A stretch of DNA of 64,000 nucleotides, taken from NCBI RefSeq assembly GCF_009914755.1, contig NC_060928.1; one strand, 5' to 3'. Below are positions 1-12,930 of the stretch, in pieces; position 1 is the first letter of the stretch, and each line of letters opens with the position of its first letter. Source of the DNA: the human T2T-CHM13v2.0 reference genome, Homo sapiens. Under the pieces are notes generated by a model. It ran no database searches, was not told where the DNA came from, and worked only from the letters and a program-made list of their open reading frames with translations. The translations under genes were made by a program, and so were the position numbers.

Positions 1-724
1 TCCTTATAGGTGATATGTGTGTTTCAAAATAACTATATGTTAAATCTTATTAAATTTTATGAAATACATTGATATTAGTGTCACTTCAAAAATGAGCTTC
101 TATGAGGTGATACTGCTGGGAAGTACTGTCATGGCATCAACCAAGTGCAGTTGGCAATTATTTGCATTCTGACTGAAAGCACCTTTTATCCCAGTACTAA
201 TGGGACTAATGAAACATAAGAAACTTCGTTTCTTTAGCTGAGGACTATACTATAATAGAATGAGAGGGGAAAATAAATCTCATTACACTCATGGACATGT
301 TATGACACGAAAGAATTGCATTTCTTAAAACAAAATCACTTCAGTTTTATCTATTATCTATAAAACCAGATTCTATTGCTTTTTAGTATTTGTCATATAA
401 TTAACTTATAGAGTTGGCCTTAAAACTACAGGAATATAACAGCTGTAGCTCTAAAAATACAGCTTTTAAATAATTTGTAATTGAGGACTTATATTGATAC
501 TATTTTTTAATGTTACTTTTTGCACACCAGAAAATAATGAGTAACACCACAGGATTCAGAATCTTAATTTCATTCAAAAATATAAAATCTTTATTAGGGT
601 TAATTAAAAATAAATAAATAATAATATATTTTCTTCAGCATAAGACACAGAAACCTTAAATAAAAGTTTCTTGGCAAATATTATTTTCTCCCGTGTTTTC
701 CGAATTAAGCATCACAGCTAAAGC

Positions 725-1330
725 TCATTCATTCAGTGAATAAACATTTATTGATCAATTGAAAGTGACTGGTGCTGGCAATAGAGCAATAAAAAAAATA
801 ATGACTCTTCCTACTAATTATTGCATCCAGTGTCAAACACTCATATTAAATAAATCATAGCTAAAATAATAATACACTCACAAACAGAAATAATACTAAG
901 ATATAATCAGGTAAAAGTATAAAACAGAGAAGCATGCATAGGTTTATCTTGAAAAATTTCTTCTATTCTGAAATATAAATAATATATAAGTGTTACCTAA
1001 GTGGATGCAGTGACGGGCAAAACAAAGAGCAAGAATAGCACATTCAAAAATACTTTGAAGAGGCCAGTTGGAATGGAATATCAAATGAAATACCAATCAG
1101 AAACCTGGGAGATAGAACTGGAGAGAAAGGCAAGGAGATGAAATCATGCAACGGTGTATTGACCAAGTTAAAGACAGCATATGTTATGCAAAGAGCAATG
1201 GGAAACTACTAGAAGTTGGTTTTTGTTTTTATTAATAGTGGATGTTTGACATGGAAAATGTAAATTTTGAAAATGCTGTTTTAGTTAGAGTATAGAGAAA
1301 TATACAAAGCTGGTTAAGAGGGGACCCATA
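725..1330 (-). mobile_element. L2 LINE 3' fragment (degraded)
   Basis: Starts CATTCATTCAGTGAATAAACATTTATTGA, the reverse complement of the L2 3' terminus, followed by purine-rich L2-like body. Boundaries approximate. Confidence 0.55.
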
Positions 1331-2345
1331 ATTTTTCTATCTTTTATGGGTTTTTCTAGCTATCATCAGCATTCCTGTTCTCCTAGAACATTTTCCATCA
1401 GGCTTCCACCACTTGAAATGTAGCATTGATAAAATATTTATCTTTGTATGTTTTGTTTTGCCATGGTAGACATAAGGAGAACACATGGGAATCATTTATC
1501 TCACTGCCAGATGTAAGAGTGGAAAGATATATCTTGGTACATTTTCTGGAGTTTATGGGTTCATGTTATTAATCTCAAGTTGCTTACAGATCCCAAGCCT
1601 ATAGAAAGTGTATAAGGTTGCCAGATGCCTACGTCTAAAATTAAATCAGAGTTGAGAGTTAGGACCATATTTGTAGGGTTTACAATCCAATGTATTCATC
1701 TGTTACAATATGGCTTATTATGAGAGATGGATTATTATGTTGAGAAATTGCAAACACTAAATCTTTTTCAATGCTGGTCAAAACATATTTATTGAGCTGG
1801 GCTTGTGTCGACTGCATTACCTATTCCCTTCCCCTGGTACTGAAATTTTCAGTCTTCACCCATTTTACATTCCTCCAGTGATACTGACACCAAAACTACT
1901 AAGAAGAAGGTACTGTGCTGGCAAACCACTGCTTAATTGCAATTTCTAAATATAATCACGGCAAATGCTTTTTATTTTCCTCTAAAAAAAGGAAATTCTG
2001 TCCACACATTCTATTTGATAACTGAATTGTGTGTGTGTGCATGTACATATGTTTTCTCTAACTATATATTTGTTAGAAAATTAATATTCATTCATGTAAA
2101 CATGAATACATATAATTATAAACATAACTGAAACCACAGAAAGACTCAGCAGAAAAATGTGATTATATTAGCATTTAAAAGAGCAATACTAATAATTTTG
2201 TTTAAAATTCAGTTACATAGTTTGGCATAGAGCAATTAATGAAGCGGGAAGAATACTAGGAGCAAGTGTTAAAGAACATAAAGAAAGAAACTTTCATGTC
2301 AATATATTATTTATTTAATTGTATACCAAATCATAAAAATAAAAA

Positions 2346-2374
2346 AGAGAGAGAGAGAGTGACAGAGAGAGAGA
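2346..2374. repeat. (GA)n microsatellite, interrupted
   Basis: GAGAGAGAGAGAGTGACAGAGAGAGAGA read directly. Confidence 0.9.
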
Positions 2375-3554
2375 AGCAAACAGAGGGCATTTTATTTAAT
2401 GTTTCTGTTTTAGAAAGTAGCCATTAGATCTGTTCATAAGAGTAGAGATTTGGATCCTTCAGATAACTCAAGGAGAGAATGAAATCATTTCAACTGCTCT
2501 CTAGGAGGGTGGAGCATTCATTGTGTTTCAAAAGACAAAACTCTCTTCTGAGTAGGATAAAGAGCTCTTTTGTTGTTAAGAACTAGAGCTCATTTTTTCA
2601 TTTAGAATCACTTTATTGTGGAAGGCTACATCTTAGGTTTTGGATATGAGACTGGCTAAACTGAACAAAGGCCCTGTTTTTATAAAACTTAGGGAATACT
2701 AATCACAGAAATAGGAATAAAATTGCAATTGTGGTAAGTTCCACAAAAGGTTATTTACATAACAAATAATATAAGAAATTTTCTTTGATAAAGAAGTTAT
2801 AGAAAGTGTTGACAAGGAAGCTGAGATATGAAAGATGAGAGAAGTCAGATCATTCAATATAACAAATGTCCTTGGACAGCAGGATGGTAAGCACATAGAG
2901 CAAGAGAAGGCCTGAGCCCTTAAACAATGTGTGTGTTAAATGTGATTAGGCTAAGAGTATGTTAGGGAGGAAGAAGAAATTTCATTTAAACTTTATGGTA
3001 GATTACCATCTATCTTACCATCTCTTTTGAATGGTTAACCAGGCTCCAATTTATAGATTAAAACAATTAAATGAGAGCTCTTGAGTGAGGACATAAAGAG
3101 GAAGGGATTTTTACCAGGGAAGAAAAAAGAGATGGGACATATGGAAAAGATCCTATGACTAACATATAAATACTGGGTCCCATATTTAGGAGTTCTTGCC
3201 TACAGAGTGTTAGAGACAGTAGCTTGGAAGAAATAGTCCTTGTGGTACAAGACTTTAAATGACTGACTTGTAACTCATGAACAGACCCAGCACAGCAGCC
3301 CCTACACAACTTACAATGGCAGTTTCTTGGTGGGGTTAAAAAATATATATATAATAATACCGCTTTGCTCTTCATGTCTTAGCATTCCACATAACTTTAT
3401 AACCTTATGAGGGATCTTTCTCCTCTACACTCAAGTTACTAATAATTATTAGCATAGGGTAGGAAGAGGCTCTTATATCAGGAATTTGAAGCTAAAATGA
3501 AGCATTAAAAGACCCAAATTAGAGACAGCGGGAAGTGATAATTCTGTTAAGATA

Positions 3555-3740
3555 ATATTAGCTACTGCTTATTTAATGTGTATTCTGAATCACACACTGT
3601 GATAAACCTTTCATAAATTTCTTCATTTTATTTTCTCAATAGCCCTATTTAGATATCACTACTATATTTAGGCTCTTAGAGGTTATAAAAATTGATCAAG
3701 ATCATTAAGTATTCTGTGCTTAATTATAAAATCCATGCAT
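3555..3740 (-). mobile_element. MIR SINE (degraded)
   Basis: GCTACTGCTTATTTAATG...TCTCAATAGCCCTAT...GGCTCTTAGAGGTTA resembles the reverse MIR core. Confidence 0.55.
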
Positions 3741-4658
3741 TTCCTTATATCTGTCAACTGTGTTGAATGATGATGGTAGACTGAGCCGCATGAGGTCTGA
3801 AAAGATGTTACGGAATTTGAAAATCGGGGACCCTGGTAAGGTTAATATTCATAGAGTGAATATTAGTCGCTTGCAGAGGAAAGAGAAGTGAAAAAAAGAA
3901 GCTAAAAAATGGGAAGTAAGAGCTTGGTGTATTCATAAGCAAGGAAAATTATACGACTGAGGCCAAGAAAAAGGAGACTGTTTTATTTTTCCCCAGAAGA
4001 TGTACTGACTTTTAAAAGACAAAAAAAAAAAAAAGACAAGGTAGAAATTGAAGAATTCAGAGATTGAAAATGTAACTAATGTCAGAACTTTTCAGAGGTG
4101 GCAGGCAGGGATGTAACTCATAGTGTGCAGATGGAGTGATTTGCCTAGGAAAGGAGTAAGGGTAGCCCTTTCTTTGATGCAGAATAGAATACAGTAAAAC
4201 CAGCAGAAAACAAACAAACTTTTTTGGTGTTTAACTGTGAAGTTTTTCTTTTCCTGCAGAACAACATAAACATTTCTCATTCTGGAATTCAAGCTGTCCA
4301 TTAATTGGTATCAAATCACCCTTCCCTCTTGTCATGTCACAAACCAATCTTTTATTCAGGCTAAATCACTAAATTCATTGTCATTGTCATCTGAATACAG
4401 CTCCTGTTTTCGCATGTCAATGTCGCATTTAAATAGTTCTCCCAGCACAGATGTCTCTCCCTTCCATCACAGCCACTAACATCTCTTATGTCCAGTCTCA
4501 ATCTACCTCCTCTGTAAAGCCTTCTTCAAAGCCACAGTTTAAAATTATCAATCATTGCTTCTTAGAAGGAATTGCATGTACAGAGTGTTAATCATTTATA
4601 ATTATACATTCTGATACTATTTATTGCACTTTATGAGTATGCATATATCCACATATAT

Positions 4659-5040
4659 AGTTATGGACTGAACTGTGTCTCCTCGACATTCATATATTGA
4701 AGTCTTAATTGCCAGTACCTCACAGTGTGACTGTGGTGAAGATGGAGACTATAAAGATGAAATTAAATTAAATTTGAGATCATATGGATAGGCTTAAACC
4801 AATGTGACTGGTGTCTTTATAAGAAGAGGAGACTAGAGACAAATACACATACAGAAGGATGATCATGTCAAGATACAGAGGGAAGGTGGCCATTTACAAG
4901 CCAAGAGGAGAGGCCTCAGAGGAAACCAACACTACTAACATGTTGATCTCAGACATCTAGCTTCCAGAAATGTGAGACAATACATTGTTATAGCTTAAGC
5001 CACCCAGTCTGTGGTATTTGCTATGATAGCCCTAGAAAAA
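4659..5040 (+). mobile_element. MaLR solo LTR, MLT1B-like
   Basis: GTTATGGACTGAACTGTGTC start; AAGCCAAGAGGAGAGGCCTCAG; ends AAGCCACCCAGTCTGTGGTATTTGCTATGATAGCCCTAG. Confidence 0.85.
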
Positions 5041-5384
5041 ATATATAAATATATAAATATACATATATATAACATATATACAAATATTAATATAAATGGA
5101 CATATACTCATACATATTATACATAAATATGTATAATATACCATACAGTATATGTAAAATATATACCTATATATACCAGTGAATATAATATTTATTTTAC
5201 ATATATCATCAACAAATACGTGATAGTTTCCTTAATATAAACACATATCACCCTTAATGTTTCACACAGTGTCTTATATGCAAAGTTGGCATATTGTACT
5301 ATTTAAACTTTCACTCTATGGAGCAAAACAGATATGAGTTTTAGAAGCTTTTTACATAACTCCTCTATAAACTTTCATACCACA

Positions 5385-5499
5385 GTTAACTCTTCTTAGC
5401 CTTAGTTTCTTCATCTGTGTCATGAGGATAAGGAGGGTTTGTTTCTCTTAAGTATATTATAATAATTAAATGAGGATATTAATGTAGAATGCTTAACAT
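5385..5499 (+). mobile_element. MIR SINE, 5' part (split by MER52; resumes ~8025-8070)
   Basis: CCTTAGTTTCTTCATCTGTG...ATTAAATGAGGATATTAATGTAGAATGCTTAACA matches the MIR core/3' region; it continues ACATAATACAAGGTACAGAGTAA after the LTR. Confidence 0.7.
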
Positions 5500-8024
5500 T
5501 GATGGCAGCAGCAGGCCATGTGAAGCCACTGCTGCCATCGTACTAGCTGCAGCAGGGAGGCATAAGTGGAGGCAGCAGGAGTGGCTGCAGAAGCAGCAGT
5601 GGTGGCAGTGGGTCTCCTGTGCCCCATGTTTCTGAGGAAGCCTACTGTACCACCCCTACCCTTGCATGGTTGGGAAGGATCTGCTCCCAGGCCCAGAGCC
5701 TCTGCCATGGCCTCAACCTTGCTTCCTGCTGCATCCTGGGGGCCTGCGTGCACTTGGCCGAAGATGCAGGCAGGACTTGCAGGACTGGTCCCAGGAGTGT
5801 CAGGTTTGTTTGTGAGGGGTTGGACAGGGCCGCCATGCAACCTGCACCTGTCCCACCACACAGAGAGCCACGGCAATGGGGCCAGGCCTAGTCGCCCACA
5901 GGCAGGGGATTAGTGCAGTCAGGCATGAAGAGGTGGGCAGAGAGGGGCCCTGGGGAAGAGCTGGGCCCAGGGCAGTGTTGCACTCCACAAAGCCGGCAGG
6001 AGCTGGGAGGAGGCAGGACCCCTGCCCTCCTTGGTGGGGCTGCAGCTGTCCAAGTTGCAGCTGTGGACCTAGGCATCTCTGCACTCTCAGGGGCCCAGGA
6101 ACTCCCGGTCTTGCCCTCGCAGGCTTGGAGGTATCTGCTCCCACTGTCTGGCCTCTGGCTGCTGTAGCCACCTGCTCTGATCATGGAGTAAAGTTGAGGC
6201 CAAGCCCACAGGTCCTGTCGCAACCCAGCTGAGTGTGCACATGCTCAAAGCAGGGCTGACACACCAGCCCCCTGCCACCTTGGCCCCCTCTGGATTTTGG
6301 GCACCAACAATCATGGAGGGTGGCCAGGGGGTGCTGAGGGCAGCTCAGCACTGGCCTGCAAACACCCCTTGGTACAAACAGCCTAGGCACTATGAAAGCA
6401 GGCAGGAGGCAGACAGGCTTCTGGAAGGGGGGGGGGGTCCCAGGTGAAGCCCTTCCTTCAAGCTGAGAAGGGCCTGAAGCCTAGGGGCCCAGCTGCCTGT
6501 CCTGCAGAACACAGTGGGAACTTGTGGTGCCTTTTCCGGGCAGGCCCATTGTTGAGAACAGGTCCCCCAAAATCTGGCTGTAAACTGGCCCCAAAACTGG
6601 ACATAAACAAAATCTATGCAGCACTGTGACATGTTCGTGATGGTCATGAAGCTGACGCTGGAAGGTTGTGGATTTACCAGAATGAGGGCAAGGAACACCT
6701 GACCCGCCCAGGGTCGAAAACCACTTAAAGGCATTCTTAAACCACAAACAATAGCATGAGCAATCTGTGCCTTAAGGACATGCTCCTGCTGCAGATAACT
6801 AGCAAAACCCATCCCTTTATTTTGGCCCATCCCTTTGTTTCCCATAAGGAATACTTTTAGTTAATCTATAATCTATGAAAACAATGCTTATTGCTGGCTT
6901 GCTGTCAATAAATACGTGGATAAATCTTGAGGCTCTCAGCTCTGAAGGCTGTGAGACCCCTGATTTCCCACTCCACACCTCTCTATTTCTGTGTGTGTGT
7001 CTTTAATTCCTCTAGTGCCACTGGATTAGGGTCTCCCAGACCAAGCCGGTCCCGGCAGCCCATAGCCTATCAATAGGCTGGCACGCATTTCCTCCCCTCT
7101 GAGGCCTATAAAAGCCCCAGACTCAGCCAGACTCCAGGAGATAATGAGATGGCCAGCTGCAGGGAGGAACTACTCTCCCTTCTGAGAGCTGGATACTCAT
7201 TGGGATGACCAGCCTGACAGAGAAGAGCTACCCTCTCTTCTGAGAGCTGAAGAACTGATGAGACAACCAGCTGAAGAGAAGAACTACCCTCTCTGCTGAG
7301 AGCTGAACACTTATTGGGACACCCTACCTATGGAGAGGAGCTGCCCACTCTGGGTCTCCTCTGAGCTGTTCTATCCTCAATAAAGCTCCTCTTTGTCTTG
7401 CTCACCCTCCACTTGTCTGCATACCCCATTCTTCCTAGACACAGGATAAGAACGCCAGACCTGCCAAATGGCAGGGCTAAAAGAGCTATAACACAAACAG
7501 GGATGAAACATGCCTCTTGCCCACCACATTATGGGCAACAAGGAGAGATGAGAGAAGGACAGAAGAGCTGCAGCTCTTTGGGTAGCCCAGAGCTAGTAGC
7601 TCCCAGAGCCTGGCTGTGACTTCCTCTTTAGGGTTCTGTGGTTCCTGGCATCTCCAAGCTTCCAGGTGCCACACAGCATTCCCCAGTGTCAGCTGTAGAA
7701 GCTGCTTATGGAACACCTGGTCCAGTCGCAGCCTCACAGGGAGCTGACACCCATGCTCATGCCTGGAGCTGCCCACCCTCTCACAGCCAGTGTGCCTGGC
7801 TGTGCACAGTGGCTGGACCCTACGCTTGCTCACATCTCTTGCTGCTGTGCACCTGGCTCAGCCTTAGCAAGTGTGGGATCCAGGATGGTAGCAGGAGCTG
7901 AATGCAGCCTGCCAGGCTGAGTGGGCAAAATGAGCCCAGTGGGCCAGAGCAAAAATCGGGCAAAGATGCCACTGGCCACAGATGTTTGTGGCTGGCAAGG
8001 TGACATCCCAATGATCCTGTAACA
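5500..8024 (+). mobile_element. ERV1 solo LTR, MER52 family (with nested MER9)
   Basis: TG...CA termini (TGATGGCAGCAG...GATCCTGTAACA); 4-bp TSD ACAT at 5496-5499 and 8025-8028; GC-rich body; internal CTACCCTCTC..TGAGAGCTG repeats ~7165-7310; TATAAAA ~7107 and AATAAA ~7379. Confidence 0.88.
6550..7057 (+). mobile_element. ERVK solo LTR MER9 (HERV-K9/HML-3)
   Basis: TGTTGAGAACAGGTCCCCCAAAATCTGG...AAACTGGCCCCAAAACTGG start; ends GGTCCCGGCA; 508 bp; perfect 6-bp TSD GCCCAT at 6544-6549 and 7058-7063. Confidence 0.92.
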
Positions 8025-8459
8025 ACATAATACAAGGTACAGAGTAATTGTTAGCTAGCATTACTTTACTTAGTCTTTGATTCATAAATATTAATTAAAG
8101 TTACTAATTTGAGAAATAAACTATTTAAATATGCTCCAACTCAATCTTCTAATAAAGTTACTGCTATATATCTTTAACTATTAAATATTTTCCAAGATTT
8201 TATTTTTAAAAAAATATATATGATTTCAGATTATATTTTTAACATTGGATAGCATTTATGTATTAAACAGATATTTTGTAGAAACGTACACATTATTTTT
8301 CTGATAATCCTGATAACCAAAATTTATATGAAAAAATTTAAATTATTTTACTTCAGATGATTTAAAATGAGCACATAGCCATTTATCATATAGAGCAGAT
8401 TTACAGGATTCTCATTGTTTAAAACGAAATTACTATAAGGAATGAAACATTTTAGTACT

Positions 8460-10100
8460 CTTTTTCAAAACTTTCTGAGTTGACAGTAGAGAGTAAGCTA
8501 TGATTCCAAACCAAAGAATAGGCAGAGATCTTAAAAGGTATTAAAAGAGCACCAAAGTTGCTTTTCAGCATGAGTTCCTCTCAAACTCCTGGAATACTGA
8601 ACTAGTTTGTACATACTAAAAGAAGGACAAAATATAAAACCTAGACTCTACCCAATGTGGAAAGTATAATAAGACATCTTAGTTAAGTTGGAAGACAAAA
8701 GCATCTCATTATAGAGGTAAAATAGTTTTAAAAAAATCCCTAAACAAAAGGTATAGGACAGAAACTCACTTATTTCAACTATGGCACTAAAGAATAGAAG
8801 GGGTGAATTCCCCCTGAGAATTCATACTACCTCAAACGCTGACATGGATGGAATCACTGAATTGCCACAGAGCAGTTGAAATACTTCAAATAAATTAATA
8901 TAAAATAATTTCAGATTGGTAGTACCACTAATCACTCTTGAGAAATAAATTAACCTGTAGAAACAATCAAGCCCTAGCTTCTAAAAATTTGTTCATAAAA
9001 AGTGTCAAGGAATACAATCAGTACAAAATCAAATGCTACAAAACACAAAAAAGACCCAAAACAACACACACAGTGAATTAAATCAGCGAAAACAATAAGC
9101 AGCTGAAAATATCTGAAGAGAAGATTTCAGGTAACAAAATTTTCAGAAAAAAAAATTTTAAATGTTGGCCAATACGTTTTAAAAAATTAAAATAAAAATA
9201 TGAAAGTATAAACAGAACTAAAAATAAGGAAAAGCAAATAAAATTTTATAATAAACCAAAAGGATATCTAGAAATGAAAAACAGAATTGTTGAAATATTT
9301 AAAATCAAGGACAAAATTTATAGCTTAATAGACTTAGTTGAAGAGAAAATCAGTTAACTAAAATAGATTTCTGAAGAAATTTTCCATAAAAAAATAAAAG
9401 TTATAAAAGACGGTAGGTATAAAAAAACAAAGATCAAGAAATAGGTAATGAGAATGTAAAATTCTACTCAGTGTTTAAAAAAAAGTAGAAATGAGATTCT
9501 TAATGAATTAATTAAAGACATTCACAGATTCATAAAGCCCTGTAATACTAGCTAGAGAATAGAAAAAGTAATTACACCTGTATCTACAATATAAAAAGAC
9601 AACAAAAAACTAGAAACCAAACAGAAATAATAATTGAACAACAAACTTCTCAATAGCAATAATTTAGAAAAAGTGATTTTTTTAAGTTGATAAGCTAAAA
9701 CACAATTAACCCAGAATTGTATTCCATAAAAACTGTTTTTCAAGGGCAAAAGTAAAATAAAGACATTTTCAGACAATAAAAATCCCATTTATCAATAAAA
9801 GAAAATCTAAGGAATGCCCTCTAGTCAGAAGGAAAAAGCTCATTGATGCTTTCTGCAGGTCTGATGAATTGACCTGCAGAAACAAAGTAAGCCCTACCTT
9901 TAAAAAATTTGCTCAGAGAAAGTTCCAAGGAACATGACTAGTGCAAAATCAAATGCCATAAAATATAAAAGGACACAAAAAGAACACAAAACACAGTAAA
10001 TTAAAATCAGCAAAAACAATAAGCAGCTGAAAATATCTGAAGAGAAGATATTTTAGGAAAGATTGATAAATATGTGAATAAAACTTAGGAATATTAACCA
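8460..10100 (+). mobile_element. Old L1M 5'/ORF1 region, degraded, with internal ~175-bp duplication
   Basis: A-rich with ORF1-like motifs (GAAGAGAAAATCAGTTAACT, CCCAGAATTGTATTCCA, AAATAAAGACATTTTCAGAC). Confidence 0.65.
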
Positions 10101-11300
10101 TATAAAATTATTTACATGGTTATATTCATAGGGAAAAAATGATTCTCAATCATTACCTTAAAGCATAAACAAAAAGTAATTTTAAAAGGATTATGGTCTT
10201 GAAAGTAAAGCTGCCTATATGAAACTATACAACTTCTAAAATCTAGAAAGTGGAGAATATAATATCTGCATCCTTGGTTTAGGGAAAGATTTCTTAGAAT
10301 AGAAAATTAGTAATGCCAAAATAAAAGAAAATAAGTTAGACTTTATTAAAATTAAACTTTTTGAAAATAAAAAGACACTAAGTAATAAAAAAGATTAAAA
10401 AGACAATATATCCAAAATATTAAACTGAAAAATAAATTATTTACAGAATACATAAAGAACCCTTCAAATTTGGTAAAAATGAAACGCCCAATAAAAATGG
10501 ATAAAAGACTTGAATAGAAACTTTCTTATACAAAGTGACCATAAAAAAATGTTCAACACCTTATTTATGAGGTAAGTTTAAATTTAAAACATAATGAGAT
10601 TTCACCTCACCCCAACTAGAATCTGGTTTAATATTAAAGACTTAACATGCCAATTGCTAATTAATATATGGAACAATTGGACATCAGATACACTCTTCCT
10701 GGATATGTAAAGTTATACAAACACTTTGGCAAAGAGTTTTATGGAGTAAAGTATATAATTACCATAAGAAATTCCACTCCTAAACATTCATGAAAAATAA
10801 AAATATACATCACAAAATACATGTATGCAATGCTCATAGCACAATGCTCAATGTTCATAATAAACAAAGCTGGAAACAAACCAATTATTCATCAACAAGA
10901 GAATGGATAAAGATAGATGAGGTATTAATATAACGATATACTAGGCAGTAATACAGTGAAGGAATTCCTGGTGTCCACAGCTGCATGAATTGACTTGAAA
11001 ATCTTTATGCTGAGCATAAGAATCTGTGCAATAAAGAAGACAATTTTATGACCCTATTCTACAATAGGCAAGTTCTATAACAGACAACAATAATTCATAT
11101 TAATAGAAATCATATTAATAGTTGCTTGAGGTGAGAAGTGTGGGAATGATTTATTGGAAAAGAGCACAGGAGATGTTTCTTAGGTGTTGAAAATTTTCTA
11201 TATCTTGGTTACTGTTATATTTAACAAGTGCTTACATTTGCCAAAATTATGCAAAGTATTCACTTAAATTCATGTGTACATTAAAAAAATAAATCTCAAT
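10100..11300 (+). mobile_element. L1ME-like ORF2 3' end and 3'UTR
   Basis: GGGAAAGATTTCTTAG, AAAATGGATAAAAGACTTGAATAGA, AATTCCACTCCTAAAC, CTGGAAACAAACCAA, GAATGGATAAA; old 3'UTR. Confidence 0.75.
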
Positions 11301-11663
11301 AATGCATATTAAAATAATATATATTGACCAAATTGTTTTTATGTAAGAAGAATATCTCAAATTATTTTAAAATTTAGCATTATTATTCACCATAATACAA
11401 AACTTTCAATGGTTGCTAAACAATGACTGGTAAAATTAAAAATCTGCTCAAAGATTAAAAAAAAAATCTCATGGCAAATTATGAATGATTGATAGTTTCA
11501 TTATATGAACAGATATTATCTACCAAAGTTTTAAGACAAATATTACTCTTCATGAAATGATGAAATATTATCTTTACATAAGGATCATTTTTCACCAGTA
11601 CTATTTAATACTCACCAGAGGTTCTAAATTCTGAGGTAAAAGAATATGAAATAAAAAGCATAA

Positions 11664-12180
<517 letters not shown>

Positions 12181-12681
12181 AAAAAAGACAGCATTGACAA
12201 TCACCATATTAAGTAGACAGAAATAAACTATATTCAAAGTTTTTGTAGGAGAATTATTACATTTTATTAAAACATGCTAAAAAATAGACAAACTTTGTTG
12301 TTCTTAGATTAAAAATGTCCGTATTTTAAAGATTTTTTAAAATATTTAATTTGATCTATGAATTCAGCACAATCCCAATTAGAATCCCAATGTTTTAAAA
12401 TATAATTTAAAACCAATGTCACATTAGTAGTAAAAATTGTACAGCAATAAGATCTAACATACTAGTGTACAAGTTGTTGAGAGAACCTACCCCATTAGGT
12501 ATCAGAGCTTATTAAAACCTATCACAACTATGGCAATGTGATTTATTGTAGATATAGAGTAATAGAAAATGACAAATTCAATCAATGCATATGTATAATC
12601 GTTATTAATGACAAGCATGAGTATTGCAGTTGAAGAAAACAAAGAATGGCCTATTCAATAATTTATGTATGAATAATTGTT

Positions 12682-12930
12682 TATTATGGATTGAATGTTG
12701 TGTCCTCCTCCCCCAAATTTATATGTCGAAGTCCTAATCCCCAATGTCATGATGTGTGGAGATGAGGCTTTTGGGAGGTAATTAGATTTAGATGAAGGTG
12801 ACCACAGAACCGAATCAGCCGGAAACCTGATCTTAGATTTTCCATGCTTCAGAGCTGTGTAAATAATTTCTGTTGTTTAAACCATACAGTTTATGTTATT
12901 CTGTTATAGCAATCCAAGAAGACCAATACA
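12682..12930 (+). mobile_element. MaLR LTR MLT1A-like, internally deleted
   Basis: TTATGGATTGAATGTTGTGTCC...TTTGGGAGGTAATTAG, jumping to CCTGATCTTAGATTTTCC...GACCAATACA. Confidence 0.8.

Noticed and set aside
1-660. Terminal exon or 3'UTR of an upstream gene (TTATAG|G at 9, AATAAA motifs)
   Set aside because: AATAAA is frequent by chance in this AT-rich DNA; no independent support.
6427-6437. G-run as a functional G-quadruplex
   Set aside because: A single homopolymer expansion inside the LTR; no other evidence.
5500-6550. Possible CpG-island promoter
   Set aside because: GC-rich but CpG-depleted (TG/CA excess); explained by the LTR.
5493-7920. Dense cluster of overlapping 60-150 aa ORFs on both strands
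   Set aside because: All lie within the GC-rich MER52/MER9 LTRs, where stop codons are rare; no recognisable protein.
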